From Andalucia godoyi And28 (taxonomy: Eukaryota > Protista > Jakobida): a stretch of 64,000 nt of DNA. Shown here in pieces: positions 21,288 through 30,773 of the stretch; within the stretch, counting starts at the first letter, position 1; the number at the start of each line of letters is the position of its first letter. Where the stretch lies: positions 119,335-183,334 of the forward strand of contig VRVR01000006.1 in NCBI GenBank assembly GCA_009859145.1, in the 5' to 3' direction. Both the position numbers and the translations under genes were made by a program. Below the pieces are notes generated by a model. The model ran no database searches, was not told where the DNA came from, and saw only the letters and a program-made list of their open reading frames with translations.

Positions 21288-21646
21288 TCTGCTTTTGCTC
21301 TCACAACCTTCTACGGACGCACACACAAACACACACCCACACAAATATATTAAATATCAAAAAGCAAATCCAAGAAAACTGAAGCAAAAACAATGCGAAC
21401 AATCTTTGAACTTGAAAAGAAAACCTCAGAGGAAAGAAAGCTATTGAGGTTCTTGCAAAGGCAACCCGTTTTTTCAGAATTTCCAAGGGGAAACTCGGGA
21501 TAGTCGAAGACTGTCGACGTCTCCGTCCATTGATAATTTCTTTTTCTGCTTCTGTTCTCCAAAGACTGTCCACTCACGCATTTAGTCTGTCCTTTTTTCG
21601 TCCACTTCTTTCTCACCACTGCGCATCGCATCGCATCGCACACAAC

Positions 21647-24235
21647 ATGGTGTTCTTGTTAAAGTCATTGTCGGTCCGAAACTTTCTCTCGTTTGGGAAT
21701 GTCATGCAAACCATTGAACTCTCAAAGATCAACAGCTCGTTGTATGCGTTTGTGACGGGTTCTCACAATTCCGGCAAGTCGAACGTCGTACGTGCCATTC
21801 GGTTTCTGTTGTACCACATCCCCACACCAGTTCGCGCCTCCGAGGTGCCAACTCCGCATTGGGATGCTGAAATGTCCGGGGACTCTGTCTTTCTGTCGGT
21901 TGAGTTTGCAGTGCGAAACTCGCAAGTTCGCCAAATGTTGATTGACGTCTACTTGTTGACGCTCATCGATTTCCCGCTTCCTTCCGAGTACGACGACGAG
22001 TCCTGGGAAGAGTATCTGGAAGCCATTTCGTATTTCTGGCGCACATTTTACGACACGAGATCAAAGTTAATGGATGATCATTTGCTGGACTTCGTTCGTT
22101 TCTCCTATTCGTCAGATTCGCAGGAGCAGGGACTTCTGGAGATGCACGCACTGACGGGAATGCGCAAACGATTGGTTAACATTGGCGACTCTCTTGAATT
22201 CGTTCGCGTCAATGCAAAAGCAATTTCCATCGCTGAGGAGCTTGGCATTGACGAGAATCTTCGCCATGTTCCACTTTCATTTGCATTGCTGCACCAGTCT
22301 CTTGGAGATTTGGCGCAGCATGAGCAGCGGGTGCTCTCCAAGGATGAAGAAGGCTCCGGGAGCCGAAAGGGCAAGGGCCGATCGGGCACTGTCAGCATTT
22401 TCAGCGACATGGACGACGACAGCAGCAGCGATGTATCGGACAAGGGATACGTGTCTGTGCGTTCCATGTCTCATTTTCATTCAAAGCGAGCGTTGGCTAC
22501 TGAGAGCGGTCCGCATCGTGCAGGATTGCGAAAGAAGCGCAGCTCGAGACCTCCGAAGAAACAATCTATACGCCAAGAGGAGTTGAAGAGAATTTTACGG
22601 AACGTCTCTCGATTTTTGACGGATTATGACATGACACTGGACCAATTTTCGCTGCTGAAGCTCCTGTGCGCAATATCGAAGAACTCGGTTGCCATTTTGC
22701 CTCAGGATCGTGGATTATTCAAGACGTCAATGGCGCTACCGTATGAAATCACGTTTGAGCGGGCACGTCAGGTCCTGTACGATTTGAAATTTTCTTCGGT
22801 GGAGTCCGACAGAGACCAGTTTGCATTCATCTCCAAGAAGATGGAGGCCCATTTGAAGTGCTCGATCGAATTCATGATGGTAACGCAGATTTCCAAGGAG
22901 CTGCAATTGGTTTTTTCCGAGGGAAATAAGAATATGTACAGTGTTCAAGACACATTCGGTGCCGCATACGACCTCTGTGCCGCTTTTGTGGCGATGTACG
23001 CGTGCAATGCAACAACAATGATTCTCGATGAGCCAGGAAGAGGCGCGTATGCGAATTTACGAAATGATATCCGAGAGTTGTTGATTTCCATGAAGGACAA
23101 GGCAATTTTAGTCGTTACGAATGAATTTGATCTGCTTCCGACCCGCGACAAGCCCTTTCAATGCGTGTGGAGGGTCACCAGAGAGAACGGACGGTCACTG
23201 TGCATTAATGCAGAATCCGTTGTGGACTCATTGCGTCTTGCACGGTTTGTGATTGAACCGTCACGTCGACAGCTGCTGTTTTCCCACGCAGTAATCATGT
23301 GCGAGGGCCAACACGACTATCGATTCCTGACAGCACTCAATCATATTCTAAAGAGTTCGGATTTCAACAAGGGTGGCTGGAGTCGCTGCAGTGGCCTCAA
23401 ATCAGACATTCTGCCACTTGGAGGCAAAAGTGGAGCGCAGAGCGCCATGCGTCTGGTCCGAGAGTTCCACATGCGGGGAGTGTGCCTTTTGGATTGGGAT
23501 GCAGTCATCAAGCGCCCTTACATTCCGGACAAAATGCTTAATGACGCGCGTATAACGGACATTCTTCGACAATGTGAATCGATTTTCCAGTCCATTCACT
23601 CTGGGAGTAAGCTGTCCGATTCAGAGGAGTTTCTTGCCCAATTTGATCGAGTCCGCGTCGGCCTGATCACCTTGAATACAGGTCTGGGAATTTCAGCGGT
23701 TCCTCCGTCTCCTTGCATTCCGCTGCCTCTGACTGCCAGCCCCAAAGGCGACTGCCTCACAGAGGATGAGAAGAACATGATCTGGGCATCCATTCCGTCG
23801 GAAATTGCGTTCAAAGTAGCTTCCGAAGTAATGGGGGTTCCAGATGCGGTCTTGAAGGAGTTTAAACAGTTCCCTCCGTGGTCCAGCGAGGCAATCACGT
23901 GCATTCGAGAGACCCTGATGAAATCCAATATTTTCGTGTGGGGTCCAGAGGCCCCCGATATGGAAGGTGTCATGAACTATAAGCGATCCGTGCCGTTTCA
24001 CAAGGCGGAATGGTCGGAGTACTCCTTCGACGATGATGTGAAGCTTGTTCTCGAAGCTCTGCAAATTCAAACGAGTCCGGATTCTCCGTTGATGTGCTTT
24101 TATAATTTCCTGTTGCAGCGCAATTGTTTGATGCTCTTGCCCGATGATGCTGTGGCGGTCGTCCCCGAGTGCCCTCTGGAGTCGATTTCGGGATCCACTA
24201 AACTATCTGTAGCAGCGTCCGATGATTCTCCGTAA
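21647..24235 (+). CDS. OLD-family-like ABC ATPase plus TOPRIM nuclease
   Basis: LKSLSVRNFLSF, Walker A GSHNSGKSN (about 21758-21784), Walker B MILDEP (23018-23035), TOPRIM VIMCEGQHD (23291-23317), LPLGGK, LLDWD (23492-23500), and C-terminal IFVW...DMEG. Confidence 0.8.
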   Translation: MVFLLKSLSVRNFLSFGNVMQTIELSKINSSLYAFVTGSHNSGKSNVVRAIRFLLYHIPTPVRASEVPTPHWDAEMSGDSVFLSVEFAVRNSQVRQMLIDVYLLTLIDFPLPSEYDDESWEEYLEAISYFWRTFYDTRSKLMDDHLLDFVRFSYSSDSQEQGLLEMHALTGMRKRLVNIGDSLEFVRVNAKAISIAEELGIDENLRHVPLSFALLHQSLGDLAQHEQRVLSKDEEGSGSRKGKGRSGTVSIFSDMDDDSSSDVSDKGYVSVRSMSHFHSKRALATESGPHRAGLRKKRSSRPPKKQSIRQEELKRILRNVSRFLTDYDMTLDQFSLLKLLCAISKNSVAILPQDRGLFKTSMALPYEITFERARQVLYDLKFSSVESDRDQFAFISKKMEAHLKCSIEFMMVTQISKELQLVFSEGNKNMYSVQDTFGAAYDLCAAFVAMYACNATTMILDEPGRGAYANLRNDIRELLISMKDKAILVVTNEFDLLPTRDKPFQCVWRVTRENGRSLCINAESVVDSLRLARFVIEPSRRQLLFSHAVIMCEGQHDYRFLTALNHILKSSDFNKGGWSRCSGLKSDILPLGGKSGAQSAMRLVREFHMRGVCLLDWDAVIKRPYIPDKMLNDARITDILRQCESIFQSIHSGSKLSDSEEFLAQFDRVRVGLITLNTGLGISAVPPSPCIPLPLTASPKGDCLTEDEKNMIWASIPSEIAFKVASEVMGVPDAVLKEFKQFPPWSSEAITCIRETLMKSNIFVWGPEAPDMEGVMNYKRSVPFHKAEWSEYSFDDDVKLVLEALQIQTSPDSPLMCFYNFLLQRNCLMLLPDDAVAVVPECPLESISGSTKLSVAASDDSP

Positions 24236-24318
24236 ACAGGCGAACGATGTTCTCGTGGGAGTTCTTTCTTCTTGTTCTTGTTCTTCTTCTTCTTTTGCGA
24301 TTCAGAATCTCTCGGCGT

Positions 24319-25374
24319 TTATTTGTTCGCTCCGACACGGGGATGCGCACAGAGAACCTCACTGAGGATCGCAGCATCCCAGTGCTGAACATTGCTCAGA
24401 AACCAGTTCACGGTGTTGGCCAATCCTTCTTGGAAGTGCACTTTCGGAGACCAACCAAGCTTTCGGAGCTTGGCGTCGTCCACATGGTAACGCTGGTCAT
24501 TGAATGGGCGGTCGTCGACAACTTGCAGCCATTTGTCCAGACCAGTACCGTCCTGTTCACACAGTCCCATCGTCTTGATGATGTTTGCCGCAAGATCCTT
24601 GATGGACAGCTCGGTGTCGCCGGCGATGTTGTATGTCTCTCCGAGAGTACCGTAGCGTGTCACCATATCCACTGCAGCGACGGCATCGTCGACATACAAG
24701 TACGAGCGGACACTGTGTCCACCTCCATGTAACGTGCATGGACGCTGCGCACGGAGCTGGTAAACAAACTTCGGGATAACTTTCTCGGGGAACTGACGCG
24801 GTCCATAAATATTGTTTCCTCGGATGACGAGCAAGGGCATCTTAAACGAACGCTCATACGACTTGACAATCATCTCAGCAGCAGCCTTCGTAGCTGCATA
24901 TGGGTTCGTAGGCTGCAGCAATGCATCTTCGTTCACAGCACCGTGGACAGTCTCACCGTACACTTCGTCCGTCGACATGTGTACAAACCGCTTGATTTTT
25001 CCATACTGTTTGCAGCACTCAATCAGAACATGGGTACCGATGACATTGTCCTCCGTGAATTGCAGCGAGTTTCCAAAGGAGTTATCGACATGCGTCTGTG
25101 CCGCAAAGTGAATGACGGTGTCCACAGAGTTCTTCGCCAGCAAGTAAGACATGATGTCTGCCGACCGGATATCTGCCTTGATAAACTCATATCGCGGATT
25201 CGCAAGATCAGACACATTCTTCACCGAAGAACAGTACGAAAGCTTGTCAACTCCGATTATATGAATATCCGAGTGCTGCTCAAGCAAGTAGCGGACTGCA
25301 TTCGACGCAATAAAGCCGGCAACACCGGTAATCAAGATCACCTTTGGAGTATGAAGTTCCGGCATAGAAGTCAT
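24319..25374 (-). CDS. NDP-glucose 4,6-dehydratase (RmlB/RHM N-terminal type)
   Basis: ILITGVAGFIAS, DKLSYC, HFAAQTHVDNSFGNS, STDEVYG, PTNPYAATKAAAE, RGNNIYGPRQFPEKVIPKF, DRPFNDQRY. Start at 25374 or 25365. Confidence 0.95.
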   Translation of the reverse strand: MTSMPELHTPKVILITGVAGFIASNAVRYLLEQHSDIHIIGVDKLSYCSSVKNVSDLANPRYEFIKADIRSADIMSYLLAKNSVDTVIHFAAQTHVDNSFGNSLQFTEDNVIGTHVLIECCKQYGKIKRFVHMSTDEVYGETVHGAVNEDALLQPTNPYAATKAAAEMIVKSYERSFKMPLLVIRGNNIYGPRQFPEKVIPKFVYQLRAQRPCTLHGGGHSVRSYLYVDDAVAAVDMVTRYGTLGETYNIAGDTELSIKDLAANIIKTMGLCEQDGTGLDKWLQVVDDRPFNDQRYHVDDAKLRKLGWSPKVHFQEGLANTVNWFLSNVQHWDAAILSEVLCAHPRVGANK

Positions 25375-25748
25375 TCTCACAGTTCACCTTGAATTTCAAA
25401 CCAAATATATATATATGAATATATATAAATAAACTCTACCAGGCGAAGACGCAGGGAACAGCCAACGGGGTGAAAAGGAGAAAGAAAAGAGTTGCAAAGA
25501 TAAAACAACGACGCTAAAATGAAGCACCCCAACCATCGGTGCAGGTTTCATGAAAAAGGCGGTGGTCGCGACCAGGCTGACATGACAATGACATGCCGAA
25601 TCAATCATGATCGGTTCTTTTTTGTTTTACATTTTCATTTTTTCTTTACAGTTGATTTTTGAGTCTTGATCGTGGAGCATGGAGCGTGTCAACTCTGCAG
25701 TTGGGAAAACAACAGAGTGTATATGCCTGTATGACAAGTGGTAGGAGC

Positions 25749-26288
25749 ATGTCTGCGGCGGACGGAATTCCGGGAGTCCCGTTCTTTGTGTACGGAACGC
25801 TTCGGCCGGATTGCCCGACTTTGCAGCCCTACCGATCGACGTTTCTGCAGCACTCTGTTAGGCAGATTCGAGCTCGACTTCCACATTCACAGCTGTACTT
25901 TGAGTCATGGCCTTCGTTGGTGTTTCTGCCGGAACAGCACACGACTCCTTTGCTCGAAAATTCTGAAAAATCGTCCAAAGCACCCTCGTCCTCGTCCGTG
26001 CATGGCTGGCTTGTGTACTTCCCGCATGAACTCACTCGTGAGATCCATGCCTTTGCTGACGAGACGGAAGACATCGATAAGGGGTTGTACGCCAAGTCTC
26101 TCGCTTCTGCGATCGTGGTTGCACCACAAGGTGATGAAGACACAGACAACACTCATCAGCCCGTGCTTTGCTATGTCTACCATCGAACTGGCATCTTGGA
26201 CTGTTCGAAAGCAACGCCGATAGCCGGTGGCGACTGGACCTCCGTTGCAAAGGTCTTTTCATGTGGATCGATATCGATGGACCTTTGA
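25749..26288 (+). CDS. Gamma-glutamylcyclotransferase/AIG2-like protein
   Basis: FFVYGTLR, V.GWLV, D..E....LY, CYVY, I.GGDW. Confidence 0.85.
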   Translation: MSAADGIPGVPFFVYGTLRPDCPTLQPYRSTFLQHSVRQIRARLPHSQLYFESWPSLVFLPEQHTTPLLENSEKSSKAPSSSSVHGWLVYFPHELTREIHAFADETEDIDKGLYAKSLASAIVVAPQGDEDTDNTHQPVLCYVYHRTGILDCSKATPIAGGDWTSVAKVFSCGSISMDL

Positions 26289-26350
26289 CACTGCATTATT
26301 CTTTTTTCATTTTATTTTAAATTCATTTAATGGATTTTCAAATTTCACAG

Positions 26351-26475
26351 ACGCCTACACTATGCACTGAACACGCATATCTACGAATAGACATGCATAT
26401 TCAGTCTTGCATCCCGCTGCCGCGAAGGGGATAGACCCCCAACACGCCCCACGGCGTTCTTCAGATAGATGTTCC
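26351..26475 (-). ncRNA. Predicted omegaRNA scaffold (subfamily A, most intact copy)
   Basis: 17-bp stem with UUCG loop at 26367-26404 (three G.U pairs only on the minus strand), a GGGG/CCCC hairpin with GUCUA loop, and a 3' UAGGC. Confidence 0.72.
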
Positions 26476-26496
26476 GCGCTCCGTTCCCAATCTCGA

Positions 26497-26661
26497 TCAA
26501 TCGGTGAGCCACTTTCTCAGCGTGACACGTTGTTCCTGAGAAGGGTGCATTTTGATTCTGACGACCCTAGCAGCAGGCGTAGTGACACATGGTCTCTTAG
26601 GAGGTCTGCGGGACCTAGGAGCCGCTGTATCGAGCGGCGTAGGCGTAGGCGAATGCGTCAT
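26497..26661 (-). pseudogene. Internally deleted Fanzor2 ORF (54 aa: N-terminus plus HTH start, fused out of frame to the RuvC-III tail)
   Basis: MTHSPTPTPLDTAAPRSRRPPKRPCVTTPAARVVRIKMHPSQEQRVTLRKWLTD*. The adjacent frame gives GSPIDRDW then NGARNIYLKN. Confidence 0.8.
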
Positions 26662-26838
26662 CCCAGCGCACCCACGCCCATATTTGAATTAAAAAATGAA
26701 ACCAAAAAAGTGAAACCAACGAATGATAGATGGCTACGCGTAAGCACGAATTCCTGTGAAACAAACGAGCTGGTGTCGGCCAGAGTACTGACCGTGTCTG
26801 TTTATGTATACTTCCGTATGCATGACAATCGCGTGTTA

Positions 26839-27456
26839 TTATTTAACGGTTCCCAATATATCCAATTTATAGACGGTGATTCGTCCATAAAAGTCAGTCG
26901 ATCCGGGAAACAACAGCTGGAGATGAACGCACTTTCTCGTTGTCGTTGTTGTTGTCGTCGATGGTGACGACGATGAAGCATCGGTGCTTGATGGAAACGC
27001 AAATGTCTGATCTCCATTCATGTTCTTTGGGAACAGCTGTCCTGATTCCGAAAACGTCTTTCCGTCTTCCGAAACCATCACATCGATCCGCGTCGGTGCA
27101 AATCCTCCTTGGAAGTGAAACACAATGTCTGAAGGTACAACGCTTTGCGAAAACGACAAAATAACAAATTGGCTGCTCCCTACTCGTAGAATCAAAGAAA
27201 GCAGCAGCAGCAGCAGAAGAAGAAGGAGAAGAAGAAGAAGAAGAAAATGTAATTGATAAATCAGCAATTTCGAGAAGCTAACGGTAACTGGCGGGGAGCG
27301 TGGTCTCCCCAGTACTCAGGCGTGGATCATACCTTGTGCAGATGACCAGCATGTTTCCGGGTTATTGTCAAACATGTGGTCTTTTCCAAACTCGGCAGAA
27401 TTCCTATCCAGAACAGAACTAACCCTGCATTTTGCCAATGGAATCAGAGACGTCAT
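26839..27456 (-). CDS. NR2C2AP: Nuclear receptor 2C2-associated protein (TRA16), 2 exons (27333-27456, 26839-27179)
   Basis: Exon 1 MTSLIPLAKCRVSSVLDRNSAEFGKDHMFDNNPETCWSSAQG, with a GTATGA...TAG intron in compatible phase. Exon 2 QFVILSF...FQGGFA...QTF...STDFYGRITVYKLDILG. Confidence 0.9.
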
Positions 27457-27469
27457 CTCTTCCTCATAG

Positions 27470-27505
<36 letters not shown>

Positions 27506-27839
27506 CAAAAAACGAAAGGAATAATAATAATAATAAAACAGGCGCAACTTGCTGGGAGCAATTATCATGCCAACCAAATCTTCTAGGCTTGTCTGCTCGA
27601 ATAGAGACGATGAAAGGAGGAGGTTCGGCAGCAAAAAAGGGTGGAATCGCCTGTAAGCAATCTGTCCGCCCGTTTGCAAGGCCTTTGCATTTGAGAAGCT
27701 GCTTTGACCGTGCTTTATCTAATCGTCAATTGCAGTTTTTCCAGCACACAATATACGTTTGGTGTTTGTTTTTTTAAAATTATTAAAATTTTAATTATTA
27801 ATTTTCATAAATTATGCTTTATAATTCGTACGTGTTGAA

Positions 27840-30773
27840 ATGAGCTCGCTTCCTGTTCTGAAGATTCCTGCTAAATTGGCAGTGGAGGAAAGGCCAGTGG
27901 TGAAGAATCCGCTGCTATCGCACAGTATGACCTTTCGTTTCGAAGTTGTTGAGTTTTCATGTTTCTCATTATTTTGCGTGGACCTCCCCCCCCCCTTTTT
28001 TTTTCTCACTGCGTTTACGCGTATTTCCTTTTCATTTCATTCATTATTTTCTTCACCGTCTTCCACTCTCGATCTAGATTACACGCAAACCGGTCGCGGA
28101 CAGGATATCGAAGTAAGACCTTCCATTGTGCATTTTGGCGGGTTTGAGAAAGGCGCGCTACATGAGGCAAAAATCCATGTTGTGAATGTCTCGCAAAAGC
28201 CACTGCGGTATCATATCATCGACCCCGAAACGGAAAACTTCAAAATACGCGTGAACAAGAAGGGGTCCCTTCCTCCCGGTGTGTCCGACACTATCATTAT
28301 CCAGTTCCAGGCATCGGAACTAAAGTACTTTTTTGATTGCTTGCGCATCCATTCGGAAAACGATCATTTGTTCGTGCCCATCCATGCATACCCGGCCATC
28401 GCAGAGTTTCGCTTTCCTTCTCGAATCGCATTTGGTACGATTGCGATCAATACGGAGCAGGTGAAGGAGGTCGTGCTGCGGAATCCCGTTCCAGTTAGTT
28501 TCGAGTTCATGATTGATAATGTCGAACCGCATCCTGACTATGAAGTCTCACCGCTGAAGGGGATCGTTCCTGGGGAGGGCACGGCTGTTATTTCCGTGAC
28601 CTTCAGACCGAAACGCCTCGTTACGTCGCAATGTGTCATTCGGTTCCAATTGTCGCAGTTCAATTTTGAACCGGTCATGTGCACCATTACTGGATCTTGT
28701 GCTCCTGGCGTGGGACTGGATGATATGGCTGCGAAAGAAAAGCTGGCGTTGACACAAACGGGAATTATTCTATCGTCTTCCAAGGAAGCCGCTCTGGCGT
28801 CTTCTGCGATTCGACCTCCGCGATTCGATTCCGTTGATGACAAACCGGAAGTTGTTCGGCAAGGCGGCGGGGCTGGTGGCGGAGACGCCTACACCCAACT
28901 GCGATCCATGAGATTCAAGGAATCCAAAAGATCCAATTCCGTGACAGAAACAGAAGTAAGACGGCAAAAGACGGTCAAGGAAATGGTTGAAGGGGAAGCT
29001 GCAGACCGCGTCAGGGTTGATGCCCATGGAGTTGTCGCTCGTTTACTCACGCAGCGTCCAGGGAAGGAACGGGCATCTAAGACTCTGAGGACACGGGATT
29101 CGACTGGCTCCGTTTCTCCAGCAGCAGAGCGCAGCCAGTCTGTGAGTCCAAGGTCCTCCTTCACACGAGCCCGGGACTCTCTAATTGTCTCTGAAGAACT
29201 TTCCGGAGATTTCGATTTCGAGAGCCATCGCCAGCTGGCCGTGGATGCAGAACGCCGACACCGAGCATACCAAGACTGGGAGAAGAGCAAGTCAATCCGT
29301 TGGTTCACGTGCATCGGTGAAGAGCTGCTCTCTGATGAAGAGAAGGTGGCCGTGTTGGAACGCCGTCGTCTTGCCGTCGAGAAGCGCAAAGAGCAAACTA
29401 AGCAAGAGGATTTGAGCCGGAAAACCAGCATTACTCTAGAGGGCCGGCGTTCCGTTGTGGCTGCGGACGAGCTGCGGGACATCGCGGAAAGAGCAAAGTC
29501 CCTAACGTTCAATATCTATGAGGATGACGGGCAAGCGGCACGACGCAGACTCCTCGAGCCCTTCATTCAGGAGGCTCGAGCAGCAATGGTGAAGAAGCGA
29601 GTCCAAAGGCGATTGAATGCGCTGCAAAACTTCGCGGAGGTTGTGCAGCGCCGCAAGACAGCGGTCGACATGCTCCTCACTCCCGAGCATGCAAGCACGC
29701 AGTTGATGCCGGAAAAGATTGTGCTGGTCAGCATCCCTGTTTACAGAAGTGAAAACTTTGTAACTCGCAAAGCCGCGGAGGCTCCACGAGATCCACCCAT
29801 CTTTGAGGATTGGGAGCTGCTGCCGCAGAAAACCGCCTTGGAGTACAAGGTGAAGGGGTACGTCGACGATCCCGTGCCGTCAGTGGATGTGCTGCCCGGT
29901 CGAGATCCGAGCCGGACGCTTCTGCAAGGCGCTTTTGAAACTGCAGTTCTTCCGCTACCATTGAAGAGCGGAGTGCCCTTGCATTCAGATGCAGGTTCCT
30001 TGAACATTCCGGGTTTGACCCAAGCGGAAATTGCGAGCTCCGTGACCGTGCCCATTCCAGAAAACAGCGTTGGAATCCCGGCAGAGATCCCCATTGAAAA
30101 GATCCGCGATCCCCTCCCGGACAGCACGGTGTTTGTACAGCGTCTCCCATTCACAGAATTGAGTCCCGAATATCTGCTTAGGGCAGTGCCGACAAAGGTC
30201 CGATCGTATTCGAGATTCGAGACTCCAGGTTTACATTCCAGTGCGCTGATACGCGATTATCACACTCTCGAAGGTCTTTGTCCGCTGGCGCGGGATGTGT
30301 CGGATGACCTTGTGTATCAAGAGCGACTTGCGTCTGGTGAGTATGACGAGAAGTTCATTTCTCGCTTGCTGGAAGCTCCAGAAGAAGCAGACCTTTTTGA
30401 AGACGGAGCGGATGCAGAGGGAGCACAAGTGGGATTTCCTCGCCCCGTTTTTGCGGACGTTGTCAAGGAATTCGGTCTGGCAGATGTACTAGTACCAGCT
30501 GGCGAAAAGGCGACTATTCGGGCAGACCAGCCGCTTCGCATTCCAATGCCTGCGGATGGTGTTGCTCCCCTTTTTGAGACTCCAGCGTCCGCTGCAGAGG
30601 ACGAAGCAGAAAGACGTATTCAATCCGCACAGTATTCAGCGAAGCGTGCGTACGAAGGTGCGCTGCAGAAGGTCAATGATCTTGTTGCATCGCGGCATTT
30701 TAAATTTTCGGTAACGGAGGGTGCAAAGCAGCTCGATTTCGCTGAGCCTTGGAAATCGCCGCTTACCGTGTAA
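27840..30773 (+). CDS. CFAP221: Ciliary central-pair protein CFAP221/PCDP1 (probable intron 27925-28077)
   Basis: PSIVHFGGFEKG, IHVVNVS..LRYHII.P.T..F, G.LPPG.S, FFDCLRIH, VPIHAYP, second ASH/Ig-like domain (PLKGIVPGEG...VTFRP). Confidence 0.85.
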   Translation: MSSLPVLKIPAKLAVEERPVVKNPLLSHSMTFRFEVVEFSCFSLFCVDLPPPFFFLTAFTRISFSFHSLFSSPSSTLDLDYTQTGRGQDIEVRPSIVHFGGFEKGALHEAKIHVVNVSQKPLRYHIIDPETENFKIRVNKKGSLPPGVSDTIIIQFQASELKYFFDCLRIHSENDHLFVPIHAYPAIAEFRFPSRIAFGTIAINTEQVKEVVLRNPVPVSFEFMIDNVEPHPDYEVSPLKGIVPGEGTAVISVTFRPKRLVTSQCVIRFQLSQFNFEPVMCTITGSCAPGVGLDDMAAKEKLALTQTGIILSSSKEAALASSAIRPPRFDSVDDKPEVVRQGGGAGGGDAYTQLRSMRFKESKRSNSVTETEVRRQKTVKEMVEGEAADRVRVDAHGVVARLLTQRPGKERASKTLRTRDSTGSVSPAAERSQSVSPRSSFTRARDSLIVSEELSGDFDFESHRQLAVDAERRHRAYQDWEKSKSIRWFTCIGEELLSDEEKVAVLERRRLAVEKRKEQTKQEDLSRKTSITLEGRRSVVAADELRDIAERAKSLTFNIYEDDGQAARRRLLEPFIQEARAAMVKKRVQRRLNALQNFAEVVQRRKTAVDMLLTPEHASTQLMPEKIVLVSIPVYRSENFVTRKAAEAPRDPPIFEDWELLPQKTALEYKVKGYVDDPVPSVDVLPGRDPSRTLLQGAFETAVLPLPLKSGVPLHSDAGSLNIPGLTQAEIASSVTVPIPENSVGIPAEIPIEKIRDPLPDSTVFVQRLPFTELSPEYLLRAVPTKVRSYSRFETPGLHSSALIRDYHTLEGLCPLARDVSDDLVYQERLASGEYDEKFISRLLEAPEEADLFEDGADAEGAQVGFPRPVFADVVKEFGLADVLVPAGEKATIRADQPLRIPMPADGVAPLFETPASAAEDEAERRIQSAQYSAKRAYEGALQKVNDLVASRHFKFSVTEGAKQLDFAEPWKSPLTV

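Larger units (their letters stand above)
26351..26848 (-). mobile_element. Non-autonomous Fanzor2/TnpB-derived mini-element, subfamily A, copy 2
   Basis: Paralogue of 7495-8057. ACG cores at 26351-26353 and 26846-26848. Removing it restores a plausible host gene end (GTVCEI*). Confidence 0.9.

Noticed and set aside
27275-27325. GGGGAG/CTCCCC hairpin in the NR2C2AP intron
   Set aside because: A single hairpin with no second copy or family motifs.
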